A stretch of DNA of 63,992 nucleotides, counting the filler, from Octopus bimaculoides (lineage: Eukaryota): NCBI RefSeq assembly GCF_001194135.2. It is 7 parts of 7 records of this genome, joined end to end, with 100 filler letters (N's around TTAATTAATTAA, not from the genome) between each part and the next. Parts side by side here need not be neighbours in the genome. Positions count along the whole stretch, not along the records: positions 1 to 30,424 come from NC_068997.1; positions 30,525 to 39,235 come from NC_069008.1; 5 more parts are not named here. One strand, written 5' to 3'. A program made the translations under genes and the position numbers. The notes below the pieces were generated by a model. That model ran no database searches and was not told the origin of the DNA. It was given only the letters and a program-made list of their open reading frames with translations. Below are positions 26,787 to 38,399 of the stretch, one piece after another (within the stretch, counting starts at the first letter, position 1; every line of letters starts with the position of its first letter).

Positions 26787-27818
26787 GGATCTTTTCCCTT
26801 TCGAACGGCACATCGAGAAATTATTTTTTTGTAATTAAACACTTTCAAACTTCGGACACTGGTAGAATGTGTCGTACAAAGCATCTTTTACTCTAAGTGT
26901 TGTTGAGAAAAGTTTATATTTTAAAAGTTACTTCGTGTTAAAGTTGTATTTCGGTAATTTCAACCAATCAATGACGTGTATTCAGCTGAATAAAATTTCT
27001 GCCGTTGTTTGTCAACAACAACTATCGGCGGTGTATATCTCGTTTGTCACTGTTATTTATGACATCCGGGTTTTAGAGTTAGGGTTAGGGTTAGGGTTTT
27101 AGGCTCAGGGATAGGGTTTTAGGGTTAGGGATAGGGTTTTAGAGTTAATGTTAGGGTTTTGTGGTTAGAGTTTTAAAGTTAGGGTTAGGGTTTTAGGATT
27201 AGAGTTAGGGTTTTAGAGTTAGGGTTAGGCTTAGGGTTTTAGGGTTAGGGTTGGGATTTTAGGGTTAGGGTTTTAGGGTTAGGGTTGGGATTTTAGGATT
27301 AGGGTTACAGTTAGGGTTAGGGTAGGGATTTTAGGGCTAGAGTTACGGAAAAATGTGAAAAATGAAGAAATTGGAGGGGGAGGGGGGGGGCAAACATTTC
27401 TTTCCGAAAATAGTAGCTGAAAAACAGGAAAAAAAAAAAGTAAAAGCAGTAGAAATGCACGAACGATTGTGGTGGTGCCATGAAGTAAACATGCTTCAGA
27501 TACACTCGTTTATTCCTACAAACGTAACTGAGATGAACTATGTCATAAATAGGTATCAAATGAAATATACACCGCCAGAATTTGTTGTTAACAAACAACA
27601 GCAGTAATTGTTTTCACCTCAATAGACGTCATTGATTGGTTGAAATTTCTGAAATGCAACAACTTTAACACGAAATAACTTGGAAAATACACAATTTTCT
27701 CAAAAACGCCAAGAGTAAATGATGTTTTATGTGACACATTCTACCAGTATACGAATTTTGAAAGTGTTTAGTTACAAAAGATTACTTGTTAAATGTGCCG
27801 GCCAAAGGGAAAATATCC
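26787..27818. mobile_element. Non-autonomous foldback DNA transposon: 279-bp TIRs, 8-bp TSD CAGAACGA, GG...CC termini (Merlin- or MULE-like)
   Basis: 26787-27065 aligns as reverse complement to 27540-27818 (GGATCTTTTCCC / GGGAAAATATCC ends). cagaacga occurs at 26779-26786 and 27819-27826. Confidence 0.9.
27068..27345 (+). repeat. Degenerate telomere-like (TTAGGG / TTTTAGGG) array inside the foldback element
   Basis: Many ttaggg units mixed with ttttaggg, ttagag and tagg variants. Confidence 0.93.
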
Positions 27819-27949
27819 CAGAACGATTAAAGGCAGTGTTTACCTTGGGGATATTTGAACTCAGAATACAAAGAGCGGGAACAGTCACCAGAAGTTATTT
27901 TTTACACGGCAACGATTCAGTCAACCCTCCGACAGGACGAACAAATTAA

Positions 27950-28272
27950 TTCTACTTTTGGCATTCTGTCGATTACAACAAGGTCCCAGTTGATCCGATC
28001 AACAGAACAGCTTGCTTGTGAAGTTAACGTGCAAGTGGTTGAGCTGCTCACAGACAAGCGTAACCTTAACGTAGTTCACGGCGAAATTCAGCGTGACAGA
28101 GTACGTCAAGGCTGGCCCTTTAAACTACAGGTACAATTCATTTTTGCCAGCTGAGTGGACTGCATCAACGTGAAATATAGTGTCTTGCTCACGGACACAC
28201 CACACCGTCGGGAATCGAACACACGGCCTTACGCTCGTAAGCCAAATACCCGAACCACTAAGCTACGCGCCT
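27950..28272 (-). mobile_element. tRNA-derived SINE family C
   Basis: Minus-strand head gaaggcgcgtagcttagtggttcggg...gttcgattccc, cagctggcaaaaatga domain, and the ccgttgatcggatcaactgg-type tail also seen at 31450 and 35235. Confidence 0.8.
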
Positions 28273-29176
28273 TCATTAATGTTATAATTATGATGAATTA
28301 AATTATGTCTACCGCTATATTCACTCAGTCAGTCCTCCATGTCGCTACCGGACGTAGTTGAATATAGCCGAAGACTGAAAGTGAAGGTTTTACAACATTT
28401 TCTGAATTGCTTTGTTGTGTTTGACTGGCTGAAATGTGATCCAACGGTTTAAAACTGAATTGTAAAGGGTAAACTGTTTTATTATCTTTCATAAATGTCA
28501 TTCTATGTATCTCGATAGAAACGTTAAGAGCGGACATTAAATACTTCTCTTATATTACAAAAGATGCCTTTTAGCAGCTTTAATTCACTTGTATTTCTTT
28601 CATAATGCTCTGTAAACATTCCACTACAGAAGACTTAGGTTCTAAGGGTCAGTTGTCTCCATTTGTAACGATGTCTTTAGATTGAAATTAAAAAAAAAAT
28701 CTAAACATAAAAACGAAAAAATCACGGAATGTTTCAGATCCATGCTTCAGGTAAATTCTGTGATATTAGAAGAGAGCACAAAAGAGGAAAGACCCTTAAC
28801 ATTTAAAATTCACGGCCAAATGATCCTCTGCAGTGTATGCACTTGCTTTCTTTACCCCTGGTCTTTATCTTTCAACAAATTAAAATCCATTGATGATTCG
28901 ATGTTCACTCATATTCAATATATTATCGATATTATCCGAATTTTTGACGTCAAAATTTCTCTCCAAATGTTGTTATAATCTATTTAGTTCGCCATTAATG
29001 TAGCAGATTGCTTTAATGTTATTTGACCTCGAGAACGTTCTCTCCGCTTCAGGTCACTGCTGGACTGGAACTCTGGCTTCACACCTTCGCTTAACATTTA
29101 TTCTTGTGAAACGGATTCAAACAAATCGATAAATTTTATTATCCGTACTTCCACTTTCTACCTCTCTTCGAACATT

Positions 29177-29214
<38 letters not shown>

Positions 29215-30389
29215 GCTTTTTCTTTTTAATCTCTCTCTATATTGTACCTCCTCTCTCTCTATTTCTCTCTCTCTCTCTCATATTAAAATATTCACATTAA
29301 TCTCTTGTTACTTCATTTAGTTATTCTAATAACTACGTGTGTTGTTGTCATGTTCTCACAAATCTGATTGCTGGTCTCTCACGATAGCCAACACTATTGC
29401 AACAATGTGCCAACACAAAGTTGGTTTTATTGCGACTATTGTTTATTATTATTATTGTTATCATTGATGTTGTTGTCGTTGCTGGTTGCCATGTTTGCTG
29501 TTGTTGCCGATGACGACGATGCTGCTGCTGGCAATGATGGTTATGATGGTTATGATGGTTATGATGGTAGTGGCGGTGTCGGTGCCTCTGACATTATCGT
29601 TGAAGTGGATGCAACTGTGTTTAGACCGGAGAATTGTTAATATAATTTGACACAGATCGGAACTAAGCGTGCTCATCAATAAATACCAGAGGATCTCTTT
29701 ATCGGAAATGTTTATCATACGTGTGTATGTTTGTGTGTGTGTTTGTATGTGTGAGTGAATATGTGCGTGAATGTGTCGAAGATGTGTGAGCAATGTTTCT
29801 CTTAATGTTTGTCTGCGAATTGTGTGTGTTCTGAGACTGCAAGTGGGAGACTGCAAGTGGCACCATAACAAAAATGGCAGCTATGCTCTTCCTGGCTTAC
29901 TGTTAATTCACACTTTCGTTGTGATTCTGTAGAAGACGAATACCATTATAGATAATACGCCAAAGACAAATCGAATTCCGACATATAAAGACATCCATTT
30001 TCTTAGATTAGTTAACCGTGATTTAATAGTGATCAGCTTAGCTTTAAATTTAGTATTTTCTTACCGAGTATATTGTCGTGTGCCGAGCTGTTCATAATGT
30101 ATTTGATTTATACAAACATAATTATATGTAGTTTGTCATAAATGATACATGCATACATACAGACATACACACGCACATACACGCACGCGAACACATGCAC
30201 ACATACGCACATATGTATGTATAGGCAATCGTATAGAATCATAATATGCATGAATAAACTTATGAACATTTATGCATATAACATATGTCTATATATCTAT
30301 ACATATGGATATTTATATGTACACACGCATATATGCATTGATAGATTTACACGTCTCTCTCTCAGTCTCTCTCTCTATATATATACATG

Positions 30390-30420
<31 letters not shown>

Positions 30421-30424
30421 ATAT

Positions 30425-30524
30425 NNNNNNNNNNNNNNNNNNNNNNNNNNNNNNNNNNNNNNNNNNNNTTAATTAATTAANNNNNNNNNNNNNNNNNNNN
30501 NNNNNNNNNNNNNNNNNNNNNNNN
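30425..30524. other. Artificial scaffold linker (44N-TTAATTAATTAA-44N)
   Basis: Same 100-bp structure at six sites. The 12-mer is palindromic and has stops in all six frames. Confidence 0.95.
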
Positions 30525-30570
<46 letters not shown>

Positions 30571-31504
30571 ATGTATGTATACATATATATATAAATATAC
30601 ATATATATATATGTATATATGTAAATAAACATATATATGTATACATAGGATATTATTACACTTATATATACATATGCATACATATATATATGATATATAC
30701 ATATATAAATATACATATATGCATACATATGTATAGATATATATGCATATGTACGCATACATACATATTCACACATATGCGTGTGTAGCAGGTTGAACGT
30801 GGATTCGTCCTTTAACTAAAGTGGTTTCCAAAAAGATTTCTAACGTTGATTCTTCATACTTTGCTGAGTGTTTACTGGTGTAAATTGGCGATGATATGAA
30901 AAGTAGTATTAGAATATTAAGTGTATGATTAATTTATGGAATCACGTTTTACAAATCCAATAATATTTGTCAAAAAGGGAGGAGATAAGATGTTGAAATG
31001 TTGTAAGAAATTTATTCATGCATACAATTGTTTCGTACATAGATATAAATTCATATTTGAATTTGAAACATTATCATAGTACCCATCAGTGCAGTGAGAA
31101 AAATAATAGGAACTTTAAAAAAAGAACAGAGAAATTAGATCTATGAGTTTCATGTTTGTCTGTTCCTATCTGTGAGTGATAGTGATGGGAGTCATGTTAA
31201 TTATTAAACCACAACTATCGGATGAACGGTTAGGGGATGATATAAATATAGAGATATCCATAACACTCTCTCTATAGATTAGTATAGATTTGCCAATTAA
31301 ATCTCCATATATACAACATAGGGTGAGTAAGTAAGAGAAATGTCCAATGAGAAAACGTTACCTTTTATCTCACGCTGAGAAGTACATTGGGGGTACGCGT
31401 GTCTGTATAGTGGTCAGCCACTTGCGCGTTAATATCACGAACAGGCTTTTCCGTTGATCGGATCAACTGGAACCCTCGTCGTCCCAACCGACGGAAGAAC
31501 CTGG

Positions 31505-32190
31505 CTACAATAGGCACAAAGCCAGAAAATTTGGAACAATGGGCAGTCGATCACATCGACTTGATTGGCACTTATTTTATCGACCCCCGAAAGGAATGAA
31601 AGTACAGCCGGACTAAATACTTCTAAGTGTTTGTCCGGCATACTAAAGATTCGGCCAGCTCACCGCCTTTTATAGTCATTCTTTCTAATTTTGGCACAAG
31701 GTCAATAATTTTGAGGGCAGAGGAGTTTGATTACAACCCCATTGCTCAATTTGTCTTTATTTTTCGAATCCGAAAAGGATGAAATTAAAGCCGGAAGAAA
31801 TAACCTTTAAGCATTTTGTTCGGCCTGCAAACAATTCTGCCAGTTCACCGCATCTAATAATAATTTTTTTTTATTTTAGGCTAAAGGCCGGTAATTTTGA
31901 GGGGAGGGGATGTTGATTACAAACCAGTGCTCAACTGGTCCCTAATTTTTCGACCCCGAGAAGGATGAAATTAAAGCCGGAGAAAACGATTCTGCAACCG
32001 TATCTATTAATAAGCCTTTTTATTTTAGGCTAAGGGCCGGTAATTTTGAGGGAAGGGGATGTCAGTTACAACCCCAGAGCTCAATTGGTCCTTAATTTTT
32101 CGACCCCGAGACGAATGAGAGTAGAACCGTAAGAAATGACCTCTTAGCATTTTGTCCGGCTTGCAAATGATTCTGTCTGCTCTCCGCTGT
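31505..32190 (-). repeat. Four tandem, diverged copies of an internally deleted SINE B
   Basis: Copies start near 31505, 31690, 31870 and 32020. All lack the gtcgacctcggcggaatttgaactc segment. Confidence 0.78.
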
Positions 32191-32607
32191 GAAGCCAGAT
32201 TTATCATTTTAAAAAGCCAAAGTTAAAAGGCTTGCGGTGATAACACACAGTGTGTGTGTGCGTGCGTGCGTGCGTGTGCGTGTGTGTGCGTGTGTGTGTG
32301 TGCGTGTACGTGTATGAGTGTGTTTAAGGCGGGGGAGTAGTGGTGGTCATAATGATCTTANNNNNNNNNNNNNNNNNNNNNNNNNNNNNNNNNNNNNNNN
32401 NNNNNNNNNNNNNNNNNNNNNNNNNNNNNNNNNNNNNNNNNNNNNNNNNNNNNNNNNNNNNNNNNNNNNNNNNNNNNNNNNNNNNNNNNNNNNNNNNNNN
32501 NNNNNNNNNNNNNNNNNNNNNNNNNNNNNNNNNNNNNNNNNNNNNNNNNNNNNNNNNNGGCGGTGTTGGTGATGATGGCAAAAGTAGTGTTGATGGTAGT
32601 GGTCTTG

Positions 32608-32638
<31 letters not shown>

Positions 32639-32799
32639 AATGGTGGTGGTGGTGGTGTTGATGGTAGTGGTCTTGTGTTGTTGTTATGTGATGTGGTTAT
32701 GTGATAATGCTCTAGTTAGGCGGTGTGGTTGTGTTGCTGTAGCAGTACATGTAATGGCGGTCTGGGTTTCGATTCCTGTTTCCAGTGGTTCGAATAGTT

Positions 32800-33240
32800 C
32801 ACATTACTTGTAAATCACAACGTTACGACGTTCATGTTTTCCCAAGAGCATCATAGGCGCAGACTGGACATGCGCTTGGTCACATTGTCCGTGTGAGATA
32901 GGGTCATTGTCATGCTGAAAGATTGTGTATCCTCGATTGACCAACGCCGTATAGCGGCCTTTCAGTGCATCATATACTCGCTGCAGTTGAGTTGAGCATA
33001 AAGGTCTGTGTTGACAATATGATTCTTCATGACAAGCCCAAAAGGAACTCCACCTTCTTGAAACTCCACCAAATGCACAGGATGACCTTCTGTTCAAACC
33101 GTTCTTGTTTGACATCAGGTTCTTCAGCCTGGCAAGAACGAAGCCACTGAGTTCTCTTATTAGGATTACAAAAATAGATCCATTTTTCATTCCCAGTTAC
33201 AATTCGACGTAAAAAACGGGCAACTCGAGGATTTTTCCAG
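32800..33240 (-). mobile_element. Mariner-type transposase fragment, decayed
   Basis: FLRRIVTGNEKWI (TGDEKW motif with D>N), KVILCIWW, QLQRVYDALKGRYTALVNR...FQHDN. Confidence 0.85.
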
Positions 33241-33498
33241 CTCTTTTACTCTTTTACTCTTTTACTTGTTTCAGTCTTTTTGACTGTGGCCATGCTGGAG
33301 CACCGCCTTTAGTCGAGCAAATCGACCCCACGACTTATTCTTTTAGAACCCTAGTACTTATTCTATCGGTCTCTATTGCCGAACCGCTAAGTTACGGGGA
33401 CATAAACACACCAGCATCGGTTGTCAAGCGATGTTGGGGGGGACAAACACAGACACACAAACACATACACACATACACATACATATATNNNNNNNNNN

Positions 33499-33539
<41 letters not shown>

Positions 33540-33697
33540 TACGACGGGCTTCTTTCAGTTTCCGTCTACCAAATCCACTCACAAGGCTTTGGTCGGCCCG
33601 AGGCTATAGTAGAAGACATTTGCCCAAGATGCCACGCAGTGGGACTGAACCCGGGACCATGTGGTTGGTAAGCAAGCTACTTACCACACAGCCACCA
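33241..33697 (-). mobile_element. Near full-length, young SINE family A (CORE-like ccttgggcaagt-type segment) with internal microsatellite
   Basis: Head gtggctgtgtggtaagtagcttgc...ggttcagtccc, internal TA/TG tract, (gagtaaaa)n tail. It interrupts the mariner fragment. Confidence 0.92.
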
Positions 33698-33737
33698 CTA
33701 CCATCAACACTACTTTTGCCATCACCACCACCAGCTG

Positions 33738-34044
33738 TTCATTATTTACATTATTTACATTACTTACATTATCTACATTTGACGGATATTTGTCCTCATC
33801 TTCTGTTGTGTCTGGGGAGAGTCATTTTCTTTTTGTACCTTATAATTTAATACACTCACCGTTAAAATTTCCACTTATTTCTTATTTATTTCCTAAAATT
33901 TTCGTTGCGTCTTGCAACCTTTTCAATAGTCTTGGCTCTGTCCGTTATTTACGCTGCGTTCTTTTCTGTCCTCATCTTGTTTGTTGTTAACACAACGCTT
34001 CGGCTGATATACCCTCCAGCCTTCATCAGGTGTCTTGGGGAAAT
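33738..34044 (-). mobile_element. Penelope-type hammerhead-bearing repeat, interrupted by a 164-bp insertion
   Basis: Aligns to 41110-41213 apart from the insert at 33803-33966, which is flanked by duplicated tgtcctcatctt. Confidence 0.75.
33989..34034 (-). ncRNA. Minimal type I hammerhead ribozyme motif (core variant GAAG)
   Basis: GACAC-CUGAUGA-A-GGCUG-GAGGGUAUAU-CAGCC-GAAGC-GUU-GUGUU; stems I and II pair. Confidence 0.75.
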
Positions 34045-34321
34045 CACCTGACAACCGATGTTGGTGTGTTTGCGTTCTCCTAAGTTAACTGTTCGGCAAA
34101 AGAAACCCATAGAATAAGTAATAGGTTTACAAAAAAAAACAAAAAATTAGTATTGGGTTCGATTCATTCGACGAAATGTTCTTCGAGGAAGTGCCCCAGC
34201 ATGGTCGCAGTCTAATGACAGAAACATCATAAAAGGCATCATGAAGACGTTAGTAAATGTTTAAAAATCCAATGTATTTATTTCCGTAACATATGGTATA
34301 ATTATAAACAGCATATTTTAC

Positions 34322-34489
34322 CCATTTCTCCGCAGCCTGAGAAAAAACGATGAACAACCTTAATCGATTTTCGAACCTTATAGGGTTCTCATCAGAAGCG
34401 TCCACATCATTTTTACAATCTCCAGAGAAATAGGCAGCCAAACTATTTATATACTCAACAAATGCAGCAGTTACTCTATGAAGGGGTCC
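34322..34489 (-). CDS. Candidate internal coding exon of an unidentified gene (phase 0-0, 56 codons)
   Basis: tag|GGA...TGG|gtaaaa; 168 nt, stop-free and non-repetitive: GPLHRVTAAFVEYINSLAAYFSGDCKNDVDASDENPIRFENRLRLFIVFSQAAEKW. Confidence 0.5.
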
Positions 34490-34785
34490 CTAATTTGCAT
34501 ACCGAAAGTGTTTAACACTTTATAAATACCAGCAGCCTATCAATGGGGATCTTAGTCCACACAGTATCGTGGTATGATATAATATATACGTAACACACGG
34601 TATAATTATAAACAAAATATTAGCTCGCTCCTGAATAGTCAAGCGACCGGCCATCTGGAAAATAAGAAATATGATAATAAGAAAAAATAATAATAATAAT
34701 AATAAAATCGCCATTAATATGGTCTGTCGAAAAAAATGTTCTCGTCATGACTTCAGTAGTGCTAAAGATTCTAGCGTTCCGAATG

Positions 34786-34925
34786 TGGCGAGCTGGCAGA
34801 ATGGTTAGCACGCCAGGCAAAATGTTTAGTGTACTTCATTCGTCTTTACGTTCTGAGTTCAAATTCTGCCGAGGTCCACTTTTCGTTTCATCCTTTTGGG
34901 ATCGATAAAAATAAGTACCAGTTGA
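34786..34925 (+). mobile_element. SINE family B, 3'-truncated
   Basis: ggcgagctggcagaatggttagcacgccagg...gagttcaaattctgccgagg...aagtaccag. Confidence 0.85.
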
Positions 34926-34989
34926 GGATCCAGTTGTATTTGTATGTGCAATGTCTTTCTTTCTCTCTTTGTATATATCTATTTCTAAA

Positions 34990-35265
34990 GCGAGGGCGCG
35001 CGGCTTAGTGGTGAGGGGTATTCAGCACAAGAGGGTAAAATCCTGAATTCGATTCTCGGCAGTACGATGTTCCCTTGAGCAAGACCCTTTGTTTCATGTT
35101 GCCCTAGGCTACTCAGCTGGCAAAAATGAGTAATCCCTGTATTTCAAAAGGCCAGCCTTGTCATATTCGGTGTCACGTTGAATCCGAGTGAAAACTACGT
35201 AAAGGGCACATGTTAATTCCACGCACAGGTTGTTCCGTTGACTGCATTAACTGGAAGCATCGTTT
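34990..35265 (+). mobile_element. SINE family C
   Basis: gagggcgcgcggcttagtggt...ttcgattctc...ccttgagcaagac...cagctggcaaaaatgagta. Confidence 0.8.
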
Positions 35266-36452
35266 CTACACGCACGTGCGTGTGTGTGTATGTGTGTTTA
35301 CCGTCAGTGCCAAAACGTACTGTCGCCAAAAACACTTTCATTGTCCAGTCAGCTGTGTCAGTTAGTCAGCGTCCAAACAGTTGCGCCCAGTTGTCACATT
35401 CCGTTTCGCGATACCTCTGCTGTAATTATCATTAGCTCCTGAACAAAACTCTGAGTGAACAGAACTATTATGAAAGGCGTTCCACTCATGAACGCTCCAT
35501 TTTTTTTTTTGTACATATACATTGGCAATATGTGTTTGGGGCGTAAGAGGATAAGTTGCGATTTAAGAGAATGTGGCTACTATTTCTAGCAAGTCGNNNN
35601 NNNNNNNNNNNNNNNNNNNNNNNNNNNNNNNNNNNNNNNNNNNNNNNNNNNNNNNNNNNNNNNNNNNNNNNNNNNNNNNNNNNNNNNNNNNNNNNNNNNN
35701 NNNNNNNNNNNNNNNNNNNNNNNNNNNNNNNNNNNNNNNNNNNNNNNNNNNNNNNNNNNNNNNNNNNNNNNNNNNNNNNNNNNNNNNNNNNNNNNNNNNN
35801 NNNNNNNNNNNNNNNNNNNNNNNNNNNNNNNNNNNNNNNNNNNNNNNNNNNNNNNNNNNNNNNNNNNNNNNNNNNNNNNNNNNNNNNNNNNNNNNNNNNN
35901 NNNNNNNNNNNNNNNNNNNNNNNNNNNNNNNNNNNNNNNNNNNNNNNNNNNNNNNNNNNNNNNNNNNNNNNNNNNNNNNNNNNNNNNNNNNNNNNNNNNN
36001 NNNNNNNNNNNNNNNNNNNNNNNNNNNNNNNNNNNNNNNNNNNNNNNNNNNNNNNNNNNNNNNNNNNNNNNNNNNNNNNNNNNNNNNNNNNNNNNNNNNN
36101 NNNNNNNNNNNNNNNNNNNNNNNNNNNNNNNNNNNNNNNNNNNNNNNNNNNNNNNNNNNNNNNNNNNNNNNNNNNNNNNNNNNNNNNNNNNNNNNNNNNN
36201 NNNNNNNNNNNNNNNNNNNNNNNNNNNNNNNNNNNNNNNNNNNNNNNNNNNNNNNNNNNNNNNNNNNNNNNNNNNNNNNNNNNNNNNNNNNNNNNNNNNN
36301 NNNNNNNNNNNNNNNNNNGGTGATGGTGGTGGCGGCGGCGGCGGTATTTAGTGATGGTGGTGTTCTCGCTATTTACACCGAATTGAATTTCCTTTCATAC
36401 AACAGTCCTCCTGATAGAATGACAATGTGCGCGGACTAGGGGTAGGGGGTGG

Positions 36453-36485
<33 letters not shown>

Positions 36486-37007
36486 GAGGTGGAGGTGAGG
36501 GTGTTGCAGTTGGAATAGATTGCAAGGGGGTGGGGCACCGTCTGGTGTGGGGGTTGCTAATACAGAATTTGTATAGTTATTGTTCGACGCATTTTGGGTG
36601 GTCTAAGCAACCTCTTAAGATCAAATCCTGCCCTGCACGGAACTGAAGGTAACGAGACACAACAATGCTCTATTAAGACCGCATTACCTAAAATACTGGC
36701 TTCTCGGATAAACTCGTTCGTTTCTTTCCAATATTAATTGAATTAAAACGAAATATGTATATATTTTATGGCAGTTGTTTATGGGGTGGTTTTTTGTAGT
36801 TTTATTTTTCGTCAGCTTTTGTTTATAGTTTATGAATTTTGAATAAAATTTTACCTCTTTTCAGACACAGAACAATGGATGACCAAGTAGGAAATAAAAA
36901 AAAAACAAAAAAACGAACGAATTTATCTGACAACTAAAGCGATCTCTTTCTTTCTTCCTTCCTTTCTTTCTTTCTTCCTATCTTCCTTCCTTCCTTCCTT
37001 TCTTTTT

Positions 37008-37042
<35 letters not shown>

Positions 37043-37156
37043 CTCTCTCTTTCTGTCTTTCTCATTCACTGTCTCTCTCACTGACTCTCACTCTCTTTCT
37101 TTCTCTCTCTGTGTATATAGCTAAATAGATAGGCAGGCAGACAGATAGATAGATAT

Positions 37157-37195
<39 letters not shown>

Positions 37196-37198
37196 TAC

Positions 37199-37236
<38 letters not shown>

Positions 37237-37292
37237 GGCAGGCAGACAGATAGATAGATATGCAGACAGACAGACAGACAGATAGACAGACG

Positions 37293-37347
<55 letters not shown>

Positions 37348-37487
37348 TGATGTGTGCGTGCGTGTGAAAATGTGCGGCCTAGGGATTAGGGTGTTGCACT
37401 GACGATCGCGAGATTCTGGGTATGAAACCCGGACCTGGTGGTGCGCTATGTTCTTGAGCAACGCAATTCATTTCACCATGCCCTGCG

Positions 37488-37643
<156 letters not shown>

Positions 37644-37664
37644 TTTATTTTTTTTATTATTAAT

Positions 37665-37875
37665 GCGGTGAGCTGGCAGAATCGTTAGCACGCCGGGCAA
37701 AATGCATAACGGTATTTCGTCCAGCTTTGCGTTCTGAGTTCAAATTCCGCCGAGGTCGACTTTGCCTTTCACCCTTTCGGTGTCGATGAAATAAGTACCA
37801 GTTACGCACTGGGTCGATGTAATTGACTACTCCCGCCATCAAATTTTCAGGCCTTGTGCCCACAATAGAAAGGAT
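37665..37875 (+). mobile_element. Full-length SINE family B flanked by (ATT)n
   Basis: Close match to 12938-13150. Confidence 0.92.
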
Positions 37876-37918
37876 TATTATTATTATTATTATTATTATT
37901 ATCTTTATTATTATTAAT

Positions 37919-38089
37919 TCCTTTGCACAGCTTCTAACGCTGGAGATGTGCTACAGTGTCAGATGTTTACTACCAGTGAACTAAGGTAACACCTCTTATT
38001 TTTCGAGCACCTTCCGGAGTATTCGAGCGGTTCCAAGCAGTGCTCTTTTCTGCAAATGCTCCACCCTTATTGTAGCCCTTATTTGTTCC
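37919..38089 (-). mobile_element. R4/Dong LINE family 1, short 3' end
   Basis: Aligns to 13201-13370; encodes KRALLGTARILRKVLEK*. Confidence 0.88.
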
Positions 38090-38146
38090 GATTATAATTA
38101 TTATTATTGTTATTGTTATTATTATTATTATTATTATTATCATTAA

Positions 38147-38350
38147 GGCGGACTGCAGGCAGAATCGTTAGCACACCAAGCAAAATGCTTAGCGGTATTT
38201 CGCCTGTCTTCAAATTCCAATGAGGTCAACTTCGCCTTTCATCCTTTCAGGGTGGACAAATTAAGTACCAGTCAAGTACTGGGGTCGATGTGATCGACTA
38301 TCCCCCTCCCCTCAAATTCCAGGCCTTGTGCCTATAGTAGAAAGGATTAT
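38147..38350 (+). mobile_element. SINE family B
   Basis: gcagaatcgttagcac...gcctttcatcctttc...ggccttgtgcctatagtagaaaggattatt. Confidence 0.88.
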
Positions 38351-38399
38351 TATTATCATTATTATTGCAACAATCGACTTACACATCTTCAATAGGTAT

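Noticed and set aside
27068-27345. True telomere or chromosome end
   Set aside because: The array is degenerate, short and enclosed within TIRs and a TSD.
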